DNA of 58,883 bases from Patescibacteria group bacterium UBA1388 (GCA_002305355.1 DBQS01000036.1:81612-140494); one strand, 5' to 3'; positions 37,371-47,676 are shown, counted from the first letter of the stretch. Numbers and translations: made by a program. Notes: generated by a model not told the origin, from the letters alone.

Positions 37371-38306
37371 ATGTCTACAACTACTCTCCCCCAGCCTGCT
37401 TTAATCAACTATTTAGAACATTTAGAAGTGGAACGCAATGTGAGTAGATTGACGATTCGCAATTACAGCCAGTATTTAAGACGGTTTATTGATTGGTACT
37501 TGGCACAAGGGATGACCGATCTGACACAACTTGATCAAGAGACAGTCAGAAAATACCGAGTTTACTTGGCGCGATATGTAGATGATGTAGGTCGGACACT
37601 CGGTAAAAAGACACAAAGTTATTACATCATTGCCCTCCGAGCGTGGTTAAAATGGTTGATTAAGCAAGACGCACCCGTTTTACATCCTGAGAAAATTGAT
37701 TTGCCCAAAGCAGAATCACAACACATGAAGTTTCTAGATAAAGACAAAATTGAATTATTGCTGGCCCAACCCCGCTTGTCATCAAAAACAGGTCTGCGGG
37801 ATAAAGCAATCCTGGAGGTGCTATTTTCCACTGGTTTACGGGTGAGTGAATTGGTATCAATCAACCGTGACCAAATTAATGAGGATACGCGTGAATTTGG
37901 AGTAATTGGCAAAGGTCGTCGACCACGGGTGGTGTTTTTGAGTGAGCGGGCGGCAGATTGGTTGCAGAAATGGCTTCGCTCTCGAAGTGATCATTGGAAT
38001 CCAGTCTTTATTCGTTTTGCTGGTAAGCGTGCCGAGCGAATGACTGATGGTGAGGAAATGCGACTGACTACTCGCTCGGTGCAAAGGTTGGTTGATAAGT
38101 ATTGCCGTAAGGCTAAATTGCCGATTAAAATTAGTCCGCACGGTGTGAGGCATAGCTTTGCTACCGATTTGTTGTCTAACGGCGCTGGTTTGCGCGATGT
38201 GCAAGAAATGTTGGGACATAAAAATGTGGCCACAACACAAATTTATACTCATGTGACCAAGCCACAACTCAAAAAAGTCCACTCTAAATTTCATACCGAT
38301 TTTTAA
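37371..38306 (+). CDS. tyrosine recombinase, XerC/XerD family
   Basis: N-terminal SAM-like domain (YLEHLEVERNVSRLTIRNYSQYLRRF). Catalytic residues appear in ...GLRVSEL..., HGVRHSFATDLL, and LGHKNVATTQIYTHV (Tyr). Confidence 0.88.
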   Translation: MSTTTLPQPALINYLEHLEVERNVSRLTIRNYSQYLRRFIDWYLAQGMTDLTQLDQETVRKYRVYLARYVDDVGRTLGKKTQSYYIIALRAWLKWLIKQDAPVLHPEKIDLPKAESQHMKFLDKDKIELLLAQPRLSSKTGLRDKAILEVLFSTGLRVSELVSINRDQINEDTREFGVIGKGRRPRVVFLSERAADWLQKWLRSRSDHWNPVFIRFAGKRAERMTDGEEMRLTTRSVQRLVDKYCRKAKLPIKISPHGVRHSFATDLLSNGAGLRDVQEMLGHKNVATTQIYTHVTKPQLKKVHSKFHTDF

Positions 38307-38655
38307 AATCTAATGCTGGAAAAGTTTGAGTTGGAAATGAGATAATTTAACTGATTAGTTAACCATTTGATATTAAATGATCGCATATTCTGCGCCTTGT
38401 TTTTCCCAATTGACCACAATACATGATCATAATAATTAGATAGTTATCAAATGATATACAAATATTAATATCTATTTATGTATAAATTGGCAGTCATGGC
38501 AAAATATAGTGAGATTCAATCTGTGAGTCAATTTGTTGGTCAACCGCATTTGATGGTACAATAACTAGTCTGAAACTAGTCAGACATGATGGTGTGCTCT
38601 TGTCGATTACTCGGCTCTAATTGGAGCGAAACCTGATAAGAGCATTCAATAAAGA

Positions 38656-38729
38656 GGGCCTGTAGCGCAGTTGGTTAGCGCGTCTGTATGGCATACAGAA
38701 GGTCAGGGGTTCGAATCCCCTCAGGTCCA
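38656..38729 (+). tRNA. tRNA-Ala (anticodon GGC)
   Basis: Acceptor GGGCCTG/CAGGTCC with G3:U70. Anticodon loop is ATGGCAT. T-arm is AGGGG-TTCGAAT-CCCCT. CCA is not encoded. Confidence 0.9.
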
Positions 38730-39025
38730 CAAACGTCATTCTAAAGTTATAAAAATGGCAAGTAGGTTATTGGTTTTCTTGCCACATGTGATTTCATCTC
38801 AGTCATTTTACTACTTCAGCAAAATTATGGGATAACGTCTTACATCAATAATACTTGATACTAGCTTGGGAAGATCATGTTTATTTGATATATGGTGCAG
38901 TATTTTGGTTTTAGCCATCTAGTTTTTCGACATAAAAAACAAGAATCTTTTTTGATAGCAGATGATTATCAAAACAGGTGGTTATCACTCAGACTAAGAT
39001 CAGGTCTGCGGACTATTTAGCAAGT

Positions 39026-40249
39026 TTATTCTTGAGTTTTTAGTGGCGCAAAGGTGAAGAATAAACCTGAACCGCCTAAAATAAAGATTACACCAAGGAT
39101 AGTCATCAGCATTGTTTGATCAAAGCCGGTTTCGGGCAACTCAGTATCTCCAGTACCTGTTGTTGGGTCAGTACTGGCGCACTGGCAAGTTTGATCATTG
39201 GGACAACGCTCGTCACGGCATACTCCGTTGATACAAGTCAATGTTCCCGCACAATCACGGCTGACTACGCACGAAGCATTGCAAATCGCGCCAGTAGTGT
39301 CGTTGGTGCCACCCGCGGTAGGAGAAGCAGTGGGTGTAGGCGTGGGAGTTGTGTTACCAGTGGGGCAATTGGTGGGTAAGATCACGGTCACGCTTTTTGA
39401 AGGATAACCACCCTCTGGAATAGCTTCGAGCTTGAGGTCTTCTCCGGCTTTGGGTAAGTTGGCAGTGGCTACGCCGTCCTCATCTGTGATGTCCTCTTTA
39501 GTGACATTGTTGTAGGTGAACTTGACTTTGACATCACCTTTTTCGTTTCCACCTTCTTTCAAAATTGCCTCAGCAGTAACCTGATCGCTCTCGCACGATA
39601 CATCATAATCAAGCTCGGTAGTTTTAGTCATGTCTGGCGGTTCTTCCACAGATACTCTGAGCGAACCGGTGGGGATGGCAGCGATATCGGGTGCAGTTCT
39701 TTCTTCTTCAGTAATCGCGGCGGTAACAACTGTTTTTTGAGCATCAAAAGCAATTGTCACAGGGCTTTTAGTGGCTTCTTCACCTGCAATAACATCAAAA
39801 GTAAATAAATCGATGAAAGAGGTGGCGGTATAGTGATTAGTGCCCGATGTTGAACATGATACATCAATAAACGTTTCATCATTAACTGTCGTAATAGACT
39901 GAGGATTACATCGAAAGTGTGCAGCTGCTTGAGTAGTGATAACAAGATTATCTGCCTCAATGGCGGGATTATCGCTATCAACTGGAAATTTTAATCGCAC
40001 ACTTACCGCCGCAATAGTTGCTCCCTCAGGAGAAAAAGCCACGGTGGCGGTTTTCTTTTCTTCGGGGTCTAAGTCCATTTGAGAAGGTGAAATGCTGAAT
40101 TTGGCAGTTCCTCCTTGTACAGCTGCTTGTCTTCTGGTGTCTTGCGGCTCAGGCATCAATAGAACTACAATCACGATCCCAACAATCAAAATTACTACGC
40201 CCAACATGCTGAGTAACAACGATTTTGATTTTAAGCTAGACAGAGCCAT
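39026..40249 (-). CDS. LPXTG sortase-anchored surface protein (beta-module, Cna-B-like module, PT linker, Cys-rich knot)
   Basis: N-terminal signal/anchor is present. The C-terminal LPETG (39125-39139) is followed by a hydrophobic helix and a short tail ending in a single Lys. There are 8 Cys in about 35 residues (CNASCVVSRDCAGTLTCINGVCRDERCPNDQTCQC). The linker is TPTPTPTASPT. Confidence 0.8.
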   Translation of the reverse strand: MALSSLKSKSLLLSMLGVVILIVGIVIVVLLMPEPQDTRRQAAVQGGTAKFSISPSQMDLDPEEKKTATVAFSPEGATIAAVSVRLKFPVDSDNPAIEADNLVITTQAAAHFRCNPQSITTVNDETFIDVSCSTSGTNHYTATSFIDLFTFDVIAGEEATKSPVTIAFDAQKTVVTAAITEEERTAPDIAAIPTGSLRVSVEEPPDMTKTTELDYDVSCESDQVTAEAILKEGGNEKGDVKVKFTYNNVTKEDITDEDGVATANLPKAGEDLKLEAIPEGGYPSKSVTVILPTNCPTGNTTPTPTPTASPTAGGTNDTTGAICNASCVVSRDCAGTLTCINGVCRDERCPNDQTCQCASTDPTTGTGDTELPETGFDQTMLMTILGVIFILGGSGLFFTFAPLKTQE

Positions 40250-40272
40250 ATTGGTTTTCTAGTCACTTACTT

Positions 40273-40905
40273 TTAGTTTGTGACACCCGTTGATTCTAGG
40301 ACGATCTCATAAGGTTCGCCATTGACTACCACCAGACTATCTTCAGCAACAATTATATCCTCTGTCCCATCAATTCCGGTAACAGTTATTATTCCCAAAT
40401 CGATGGCGGGATCAATTGTACTGTTTTTCAAATCAGTTGAACTGAGAGCAAATTCTAGGGAAGGCACATTTAGATTTGAATCTAATATAGATTTATTAAT
40501 TAAGACTTGCCACGGACCATTTTTGACAGCTTCACTAATTTGGACTGAAGAAAAACTAATGTTTTGATTATGATCGGTTGGCAGAAGTTTTAGGGAAATT
40601 CCGGTCACGGTGCTCCCTACCCCATCAATTAAAATCCGGTATTGGATTTGATCGGCGACTGAAGTATCAAGTGGTACCAAGCTTAGATTGACTTGAGGTC
40701 TGACTGGTTGAAGATCACTAGTGATTTCATGGTAAATATCAGCCGAATCTTGACCATCACTGGGTTGAAAATCCTGCTGATTAGCATTATTTGGATTGAT
40801 GTATGAATACTTATAATAAATAGATCCAACTAGCACAAAAAGCATCACACTGATAAAAATTGCTATTAATAAGCGTTGTTTTTTTAGGGCAGGGCCAATG
40901 TTCAT
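40273..40905 (-). CDS. membrane-anchored protein with single cohesin-like beta-sandwich module
   Basis: A TM helix is followed by about 150 aa of beta-rich sequence. Its ATG overlaps the stop of the upstream gene (ATGA at 40902-40905). Confidence 0.55.
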   Translation of the reverse strand: MNIGPALKKQRLLIAIFISVMLFVLVGSIYYKYSYINPNNANQQDFQPSDGQDSADIYHEITSDLQPVRPQVNLSLVPLDTSVADQIQYRILIDGVGSTVTGISLKLLPTDHNQNISFSSVQISEAVKNGPWQVLINKSILDSNLNVPSLEFALSSTDLKNSTIDPAIDLGIITVTGIDGTEDIIVAEDSLVVVNGEPYEIVLESTGVTN

Positions 40906-42212
40906 AAGGTATCTCCCCAAACGACAGTATTGGTGTAGTTGCTGATGACGATACTAATATCAAAGATATCAATCACATCATTGAAATCTAGATCATACTC
41001 ACGATTATCATCAGTCACAGGTGTATCCAATTGAGTATAGTGATCTAAAATTTGACTAACATCTAAAATAGTGATTTTATTTGATTCATTTTTTCCACTC
41101 ACTTCTCCCCTTACCAAATCACCCACTAAGAGAATCTTTTTGGAAATAAGAGTAAGCCGATTATTAGTGCTTATTATGGAAATGGCACCCAACTTTTTTC
41201 TGAGTGAAGTATCTGTTTTAACAAAAATCTCAATTTGGTCATCCTTAATTTCTCCTGGCTTGATGCCCTTAAGACTAATTGGATCAGAGGTAAAATCACC
41301 ATTCTCGTTACTGGTTAGGGTTTGTTTAATCGTTAAAGTTTGTGGGTTCAGGTTGGGGCGATCATCATTTGGGGTGTATTTAATTGAAAAGACAAAAGGT
41401 AAGGTAATTCCTTCTTTAATGACGCCCTGCATTTGGAAAGATGTGACCAACTCAAGGTCTTCACTTGGTGTCGGCGTAGGTGTCGTAGGTGTTGGCGTCG
41501 GTGTCGTAGGCGTCGGCGTCGGCGTAGGAGTCGGAGTAGGGGTGGGTGTAACATTTGGTTGATCGGCAATAGTTAGGGAGGCTCCATTTCCCTTGATTTT
41601 AGCGACATTAACTAATTCTTCTTGGGCTGTTATCATTACATCGGGATCAATTGTAATTAGAGTAGATCCGAGTTCTGTTTTTGCCTTAACCTTCATTGTC
41701 ATAACCAGCACATCTGCATCAGTAACTTCTTCTTCTAAATTAACCAAAACTGCTTTGACGGTACCTGCTGCATTGTCAATTACCGGTGATTCAACCGGAA
41801 CAGGAAACGCTCCATTTACGAATTGGGGATCAGAAATAGTGATAAAAGACTTATCAAAATGAAGGGTGAAATCCGTACCATTTAGCTTAAGACCATTGGT
41901 TTTGATTCTTAGCTCAATGGTTTTTTCTTGATTAATATTTAAGTTACTAGTCTCGGGTTCTAAGTAGATTTCTGCCTTGATATCTGCAGCTGAGGTATCT
42001 TGCAAAGTATTGGTTGAAATAAGCTGCCTGGTAGTCATCGCTCCTGCTACCAACACTAAGGCAGACAATACACCAACCACTTGTGCTACAAACGGCACTC
42101 TCAGTTTAAATGGAGGAGGAACTTTGCCAACTGATGGTTGGCTGGGACTAGATACACGATCGACAGTTGTCTTTTGGTCGGTAATTTGATGGATATCGTA
42201 ATTATAATTCAT
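40902..42212 (-). CDS. membrane-anchored adaptor: cohesin-like module, (PT)n linker, X module, C-terminal dockerin-like repeats
   Basis: TM helix at about aa 40-60. The pattern LEPETSNLNINQEKTIELRIKTNGLKLNGTDFTLHFDKSFITIS...GTVKAVLVNL...VLVMTMKVKAKTELGSTLITI resembles type I cohesins. The linker is PTPTPTPTPTPTPTTPTPTPTTPTPTPS. DLDFNDVIDIFD fits a D-x-D-x-N-x3-D-x2-D calcium loop. Confidence 0.6.
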   Translation of the reverse strand: MNYNYDIHQITDQKTTVDRVSSPSQPSVGKVPPPFKLRVPFVAQVVGVLSALVLVAGAMTTRQLISTNTLQDTSAADIKAEIYLEPETSNLNINQEKTIELRIKTNGLKLNGTDFTLHFDKSFITISDPQFVNGAFPVPVESPVIDNAAGTVKAVLVNLEEEVTDADVLVMTMKVKAKTELGSTLITIDPDVMITAQEELVNVAKIKGNGASLTIADQPNVTPTPTPTPTPTPTPTTPTPTPTTPTPTPSEDLELVTSFQMQGVIKEGITLPFVFSIKYTPNDDRPNLNPQTLTIKQTLTSNENGDFTSDPISLKGIKPGEIKDDQIEIFVKTDTSLRKKLGAISIISTNNRLTLISKKILLVGDLVRGEVSGKNESNKITILDVSQILDHYTQLDTPVTDDNREYDLDFNDVIDIFDISIVISNYTNTVVWGDTL

Positions 42213-42221
42213 AACGGCCGT

Positions 42222-44666
42222 CTATTTAGTGCATGATTTATTGTATTGTTCTTTAAATTGATTGAAATCTAACAAATCGATGTAACAATCGCTACCCAAT
42301 AAGTTTACATTACATTTAAAAGACTTATACTGAGTTTTAAATTGGTTGAAGTCAAGTAAATCGACAGTACAATTTCCATCAAAATCTCCTGGTAGTCGGT
42401 CGACTTTGACTTTGGTTACACATGCCACATCATTGCCAATATACTTGCCGTCTTTAGTTACAAAAGTGGCGTTAATTTGTAAATTTTGTGGAACTTTAGG
42501 ACCATTTGCACCTTGCTTTTCAGTCCAGCTGGTATTCATATCTGGCTTCGAGAGTTCTTCGTAGGTAAATGAATAACTACCAGTTTTGGCACTTGTAGTA
42601 TTGGGGAGTCTTTGTGCCAAAGTAACTGGTCCGGTATAATCCGACCGTTTATCAAAATCTGGTTTTCCGTTAGTAATGGGAATAGAAGATTCAAACCCCT
42701 GATTGTTGCGCCAGTAAATTTCTTTAACGATTGCAGCGTCTGAGCTATCAGTTGCGAGATATAAATCAGTGGCTTCTAAATATCCAGAACCAGGCATCAA
42801 GTCGAGTCTCCTCCCTGTGGCAGTGAAAGTCGCGGGTTGATCGGTATTATTGTAATCTGGTAATCCATCTGCTGGCTTGACGGGCAAAGTTCGAGTGAAT
42901 TCACGACCATCTTGTCGCCAAATAAATTGATAAAAATTGCCCCCATAAATAATACTGGATTGAGCAACTATCTGACCAGTTCCTGGGAAAACATCAGGTT
43001 GCTTATTAAGATCAGCTACTTCTTGCGGAGTAATACCGCTAGCATTAATGCCGGATTTATCTTGGTTGTACGGTGCAGTGAGCACATAGCCTTTACCCCC
43101 TTTCCAGTAAGAGATTTGAGCTACTTCTTTAGCGGGAATTGTATCGAGTGCATGCACTTCTCCTGTTCCGGGTAGACTAGTTGCAGGAAAAGGAACGTCC
43201 CAAGATGCCGACAAAGAAAGCTTTGTCCAACCTTGATTGCCTCGCCATAAACCATAACCTAGTTGATTGTTGGGGAGATTGTAAATACTTAATGACTGTA
43301 CAAGACCGTTTTGAGTGCCTTCTGCGGTGAGATGACCAGTCCCATCAGGACAACCATCAGCTTTAGTAGTAGCTCCTGTCACACAATACGGCTGAGGTAT
43401 GCCATCTTTTAAATTGTCTAAGTTGTAAACCTTATAAATAAATTTTCCAATATTGGTGTTTGCGGTGGAGGTGACAATCACTGTTTGGTTAGCTCTGAGC
43501 GGTAAATTGTATATGTTTTGAGTGGCGGTGACGCACGATGGCGCTGGCGGAGGTGGAGGAGGTGCTGCTCCCAATGGACATGTAGCGGTAGCGATTTCTT
43601 TAAACTTCTGGCCGTGGACACGGAGACCTTCAACGCCGTCTTTATTTTGTCGTAGACCATACTCACCACCTCCAGTATCTCTAATTGCCAGGTACATTGC
43701 GCCCGCTATATATGAATATTGATCACTTTTCATTTTGTTTAGTGCATTTTCAACTAACGACGCAGCCATAGTTTGACGGACAGTGCTACTATTATTTTCT
43801 TTATCAAATCCTGGCCATTTCAAATCCCAGCCCCACTCTGTGATCCAAATAGGTTTTTTATTTGATTGAGCATTGTAAGCTGCTTCAATTTTGGAAAAAT
43901 TAAGATCATTTGCTGTTTCCTTTTCATAAGGGTGGATGGCTAAGCCATCATATTTAGCGCCATATTGATCCATCCAGCGAATGAATTGAGTTTGGTCTTT
44001 ATGCCATTCGAGCTGACCGCCAATAAAAATCGCGTTTGGATCTTCTTTTTTCACTTCCTCGAAAGCAATATTCATCCAGTAAGTGTAATCTTTAGCACCA
44101 CCTTCACTTGAATCACATCCTTCGCGATTGTTAGATCCACAACCATTGGGTTCGTTACCATAGGTCCAGTACTTAATACTACCCTTATATCTGTTGACTG
44201 TAGTTCTCACAAAGCTGCGAAACGCTGCTTCCGATTGGTCTTTCTTAGGTAAAGATTTACCAGCTGCCCAACCAGTATAAGGTTCATTATCCCAAAATTC
44301 AGGTCTTTGAGCTGCCCATTTAGGTGTTCCAGAGAGAGATCCAATAATGACCAATTTTGCTGCATCATATTTTGATATAAAAGATTCTGGACCCGAATAA
44401 TCCATCTGAGCTTGCGCAGGCTCAATGCGATCCCAAGCAAACGTGACACTAGTCATTGTGCCACCTGTATCAGGGATGGTTTGGTCTGCGTCATCTCTAT
44501 CTGCTGGATTGATTCCAAACAATAATGGTCTGCTAAATCCGTTTGTACATTGCGCATCTCTAACAGCATTGACTGGATTTGCCAATAACAAATAAAAAGT
44601 AACGGATGTACTTAAGCCGACGAACAATACAAACAAAAAATAACCAATCAAGCGCAGTTGTCTCAT
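42222..44666 (-). CDS. secreted clan GH-A (TIM-barrel) glycoside hydrolase with 4 internal repeats and C-terminal dockerin-like duplicated segment
   Basis: Signal/anchor is present. AWDRIEP, YWTYGNEPN (acid/base Glu) and IWITEWGW (nucleophile Glu) are visible. A poly-Pro linker follows. The C-terminus is GDFDGNCTVDLLDFNQFKTQY ... SDCYIDLLDFNQFKEQY. Confidence 0.7.
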   Translation of the reverse strand: MRQLRLIGYFLFVLFVGLSTSVTFYLLLANPVNAVRDAQCTNGFSRPLLFGINPADRDDADQTIPDTGGTMTSVTFAWDRIEPAQAQMDYSGPESFISKYDAAKLVIIGSLSGTPKWAAQRPEFWDNEPYTGWAAGKSLPKKDQSEAAFRSFVRTTVNRYKGSIKYWTYGNEPNGCGSNNREGCDSSEGGAKDYTYWMNIAFEEVKKEDPNAIFIGGQLEWHKDQTQFIRWMDQYGAKYDGLAIHPYEKETANDLNFSKIEAAYNAQSNKKPIWITEWGWDLKWPGFDKENNSSTVRQTMAASLVENALNKMKSDQYSYIAGAMYLAIRDTGGGEYGLRQNKDGVEGLRVHGQKFKEIATATCPLGAAPPPPPPAPSCVTATQNIYNLPLRANQTVIVTSTANTNIGKFIYKVYNLDNLKDGIPQPYCVTGATTKADGCPDGTGHLTAEGTQNGLVQSLSIYNLPNNQLGYGLWRGNQGWTKLSLSASWDVPFPATSLPGTGEVHALDTIPAKEVAQISYWKGGKGYVLTAPYNQDKSGINASGITPQEVADLNKQPDVFPGTGQIVAQSSIIYGGNFYQFIWRQDGREFTRTLPVKPADGLPDYNNTDQPATFTATGRRLDLMPGSGYLEATDLYLATDSSDAAIVKEIYWRNNQGFESSIPITNGKPDFDKRSDYTGPVTLAQRLPNTTSAKTGSYSFTYEELSKPDMNTSWTEKQGANGPKVPQNLQINATFVTKDGKYIGNDVACVTKVKVDRLPGDFDGNCTVDLLDFNQFKTQYKSFKCNVNLLGSDCYIDLLDFNQFKEQYNKSCTK

Positions 44667-44807
44667 TGCTAATCAGTATAGTTGAACTGAAAAGGAAAAT
44701 GCAACTAGAGAAATATAATCCAAATTTGTTAATATTGCGTGATCGTGCAGCAATTAAGCAACTATTAACTTGGTTTATTAAGTAACGATAAAAACGTTGG
44801 TGTTCCC

Positions 44808-47645
44808 CTACTCTTTGTCTTCTTTGAGTGTCAGGGCTACCGCAGCAACACGATCGGTATCTTTGAGCCGCATTAGAATCACTCCTTGAGTGGGTCTAGT
44901 TAAGATAGGTACGGATTTCTTGGTTAAAGGTAACTTAATGGTTTGGCCGAGTGAGCTACTGATCACTAATTGATCATGGTCATTGGTGACCTTGCGAGCG
45001 GTGACGATAAAACCAGTTCTTTTGGTCACGTCGGCGACTTTGACACCCATGCCAGATCGTTTTTGAACAGGATACTGATTGAGCAGAGTGCGTTTACCCA
45101 TCCCTTTTTCAGTAATAACCAGCAGTTGCCGATTGTTATCATTGGTTTCTCCAGGTGCAATCGCTTCCACTCCTACCACGTAATCTTTACCGCGCAAAGT
45201 AATGCCCTTCACTCCTTTGGTATCACGTTGTGATGATTTGACTTCTTTTTCAGTAAAGCGAATTGATTTACCTTCATGAGTGATGAGCATGATGTCATCA
45301 TTACCCGAAGTGAGTTTGCCCCACACCAACTCATCTTCTTTATTAAGTGTGATGGCAATAATGCCATTTTGACGGATGTTGTCATATAATTTGACAGGAG
45401 TTTTTTTAATTAGTCCTTGGCGAGTTGCAAGCGTGATGAATTTTTTGGCATCTGCTTTTTCGTTAATCATCAGGATCGATTGCACGTTTTCTCCCGATTT
45501 CAAGCTCAGCAAATTCACGATTGCACTGCCTTTGGCTTGCCTTGATGCCTCTGGGACTTCGAAGGCGCGTAGTTTAAACACTCTGCCCTGATTAGTGAAA
45601 AACAAAAGAGTGTCATGAGTTTTGACTGCGAGCAGTGTTTGCACCACGTCTTCAGCTTTCATTTTCACGCCGCTTGAGCCCTTGCCGCCACGAGACTGAG
45701 AACGATAAGCAGAGGTGTTCATTCTTTTAATGTAACCAGATTCTGTGAGCGTAATAATGGTAGGTACATTAGGCACCAAATCTTCTTCACTAAACTCACC
45801 CACTTTGCCTTTAATGAGCTTGGTTTTGCGCTTGTCACCATAATCGGTGATTAATTCTTGAGTTTCGTCAGCAATCACTTTGAGAATGGCATTGGGGTTT
45901 TGAAGAAGCTTGATGTATCCTTTAATTTTTTCTTGAATTGCTTTGTATTCATCTTCAATTTTTTGTCTTTCTAGTGCTGCTAAACGTCTTAACTGCATAT
46001 CTAAAATTGCGGTGGCTTGGATTTCTGAAAGTTTGAATTTGGTCATCAATCGCGCGCGCGCCACATCGCTATCGGGTGACTTGCGAATCGTCGCAATGAC
46101 TTCATCAAGATGGTTGAGAGCAATCAATAACCCTTCTAAAATATGCGCTCTGTTGCGCGCTTCAACTAATTCATATTGGTTGCGGCGAACCACTACGATT
46201 TGGCGGTGACCAATAAACTCCATTAAAATTTGACGAATGTTCATCAGTTGTGGGCTGCCGTCACTGGATAGCGCCACCATGTTGATCGGGAACGAAGCCT
46301 GCAACTCGGAATACTTAAACAACTTATTAAGCACAACTTTGGGTCGGGAATCTTTTTTTAAATCAATCGTGATTTGCATGCCTGTTCGGTCTGAATCATC
46401 GTTGAGATCCCGAATGCCAACGATCTTTTTATCTTTGACTAGATCGGCAATTTTCATTAACAAGCGCGCTTTATTGACTTGATAAGGTAATTCAGTGACG
46501 ATAATTTGATGTCCTCTGCTGCCCTCTTCAATCTTGGCTTGAGCACGCATGATGACGCGGCCCTTACCAGTCCGGTAGGCTTCTTTGATGGCGTTGAAAT
46601 CATAAATGATGCCGCCGGTGGGAAAATCTGGTCCGGTGATGTGCGACAAAATGTCATCAATAGTTTCTTCTGTCTGAAAATCGCCAGCGAGTTGACTGGG
46701 ATTGGTTGCAAGCAGTTGGTCAATGACCAAGTTTTGGGCAGCAATTTCATCTGTAACGGTGAAATTTTTTGATGTGACCGCGGTGGAATTTGTAGTCAAA
46801 GGCACTGTTGACGATGAATTTTCATTGCGCGCTGATTGAGCATTTGTTTGGCCGGAAGTGAGATCATGTTCATCTGCTGTGGCAGTCTCTATTTCTGCTT
46901 TACCATGTTTAATCATGGCAATGATAGCTTGCCCGACTTCTGTCAAGTTGTGCGGTGGTATTTTGGTTGCCATACCGACAGCAATTCCTTCTGATCCCAT
47001 CAGTAATAAATTTGGTAATTTGGCTGGCAAGACGAGCGGTTCTTGCAGCGAACCGTCAAAGTTGTCTGAAAAAGGAACAGTGTTTTTGTCTAAATCACGT
47101 AACAATTCAGCGGTAATTTTGGCCAGCCGTGCTTCGGTATAACGCATCGCAGCTGGACTATCACCATCCACTGAGCCAAAGTTTCCTTGCCCATCCACTA
47201 AGGGGTAGCGCATGCTGAAATCTTGAGCTAGTCTAACCAAAGCTCCATATACCGCAGAATCTCCGTGAGGATGATATTTACCTAACACATCTCCGACAAT
47301 GCGAGCAGATTTTTTATAGGCACTGGTGTGATGAATACCGCTTTTGTACATCGAGTACAAAATGCGGCGATGAACTGGTTTCAGACCATCTCTTACATCG
47401 GGTAAAGCGCGCGCCACAATCACGCTCATGGCGTAATCCAGATAACTCTGGCGCATTTCGCTAGAAATTGAGATGTACTTTAGCTTGCCAAACTTGGAAT
47501 CCTCAGTTGTGCCAATTTTGGTGCTGTTTTCGTGGTTCTCGCCATGCTCAGTAGGATTGGCGGTGATAGTGTTGGAATCAACATCAGCTGAGGAATTGGC
47601 TGTAGCCAGTTGTTTGTTTGTCGGTGATTTGATGTCTTCTGCCAT
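44808..47645 (-). CDS. gyrA: DNA gyrase subunit A (with N-terminal extension and about 75-aa insertion)
   Basis: [20 protein letters not shown] and [10 protein letters not shown] (active-site Tyr) are present, along with GPDFPTGG and C-terminal beta-pinwheel repeats. Confidence 0.95.
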   Translation of the reverse strand: MAEDIKSPTNKQLATANSSADVDSNTITANPTEHGENHENSTKIGTTEDSKFGKLKYISISSEMRQSYLDYAMSVIVARALPDVRDGLKPVHRRILYSMYKSGIHHTSAYKKSARIVGDVLGKYHPHGDSAVYGALVRLAQDFSMRYPLVDGQGNFGSVDGDSPAAMRYTEARLAKITAELLRDLDKNTVPFSDNFDGSLQEPLVLPAKLPNLLLMGSEGIAVGMATKIPPHNLTEVGQAIIAMIKHGKAEIETATADEHDLTSGQTNAQSARNENSSSTVPLTTNSTAVTSKNFTVTDEIAAQNLVIDQLLATNPSQLAGDFQTEETIDDILSHITGPDFPTGGIIYDFNAIKEAYRTGKGRVIMRAQAKIEEGSRGHQIIVTELPYQVNKARLLMKIADLVKDKKIVGIRDLNDDSDRTGMQITIDLKKDSRPKVVLNKLFKYSELQASFPINMVALSSDGSPQLMNIRQILMEFIGHRQIVVVRRNQYELVEARNRAHILEGLLIALNHLDEVIATIRKSPDSDVARARLMTKFKLSEIQATAILDMQLRRLAALERQKIEDEYKAIQEKIKGYIKLLQNPNAILKVIADETQELITDYGDKRKTKLIKGKVGEFSEEDLVPNVPTIITLTESGYIKRMNTSAYRSQSRGGKGSSGVKMKAEDVVQTLLAVKTHDTLLFFTNQGRVFKLRAFEVPEASRQAKGSAIVNLLSLKSGENVQSILMINEKADAKKFITLATRQGLIKKTPVKLYDNIRQNGIIAITLNKEDELVWGKLTSGNDDIMLITHEGKSIRFTEKEVKSSQRDTKGVKGITLRGKDYVVGVEAIAPGETNDNNRQLLVITEKGMGKRTLLNQYPVQKRSGMGVKVADVTKRTGFIVTARKVTNDHDQLVISSSLGQTIKLPLTKKSVPILTRPTQGVILMRLKDTDRVAAVALTLKEDKE

Positions 47646-47676
47646 GAATTTCTTCTAAAAAATTGCTTGATATTGA

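Noticed and set aside
37371-39025. Integrase plus tRNA read as a classical tRNA-integrated genomic island.
   Set aside because: The recombinase lies upstream of the tRNA 5' end. No duplicated tRNA 3' segment (att repeat) was found in the flanks. The protein looks like a chromosomal XerC/D type. The downstream operon is transcribed toward the tRNA and carries no mobility genes.
41467-41550. Tandem GGTGTCGGCGTAGG-type DNA repeats.
   Set aside because: They simply encode the (Pro-Thr)n linker of the 436-aa adaptor on the minus strand. They are not an independent repeat element.
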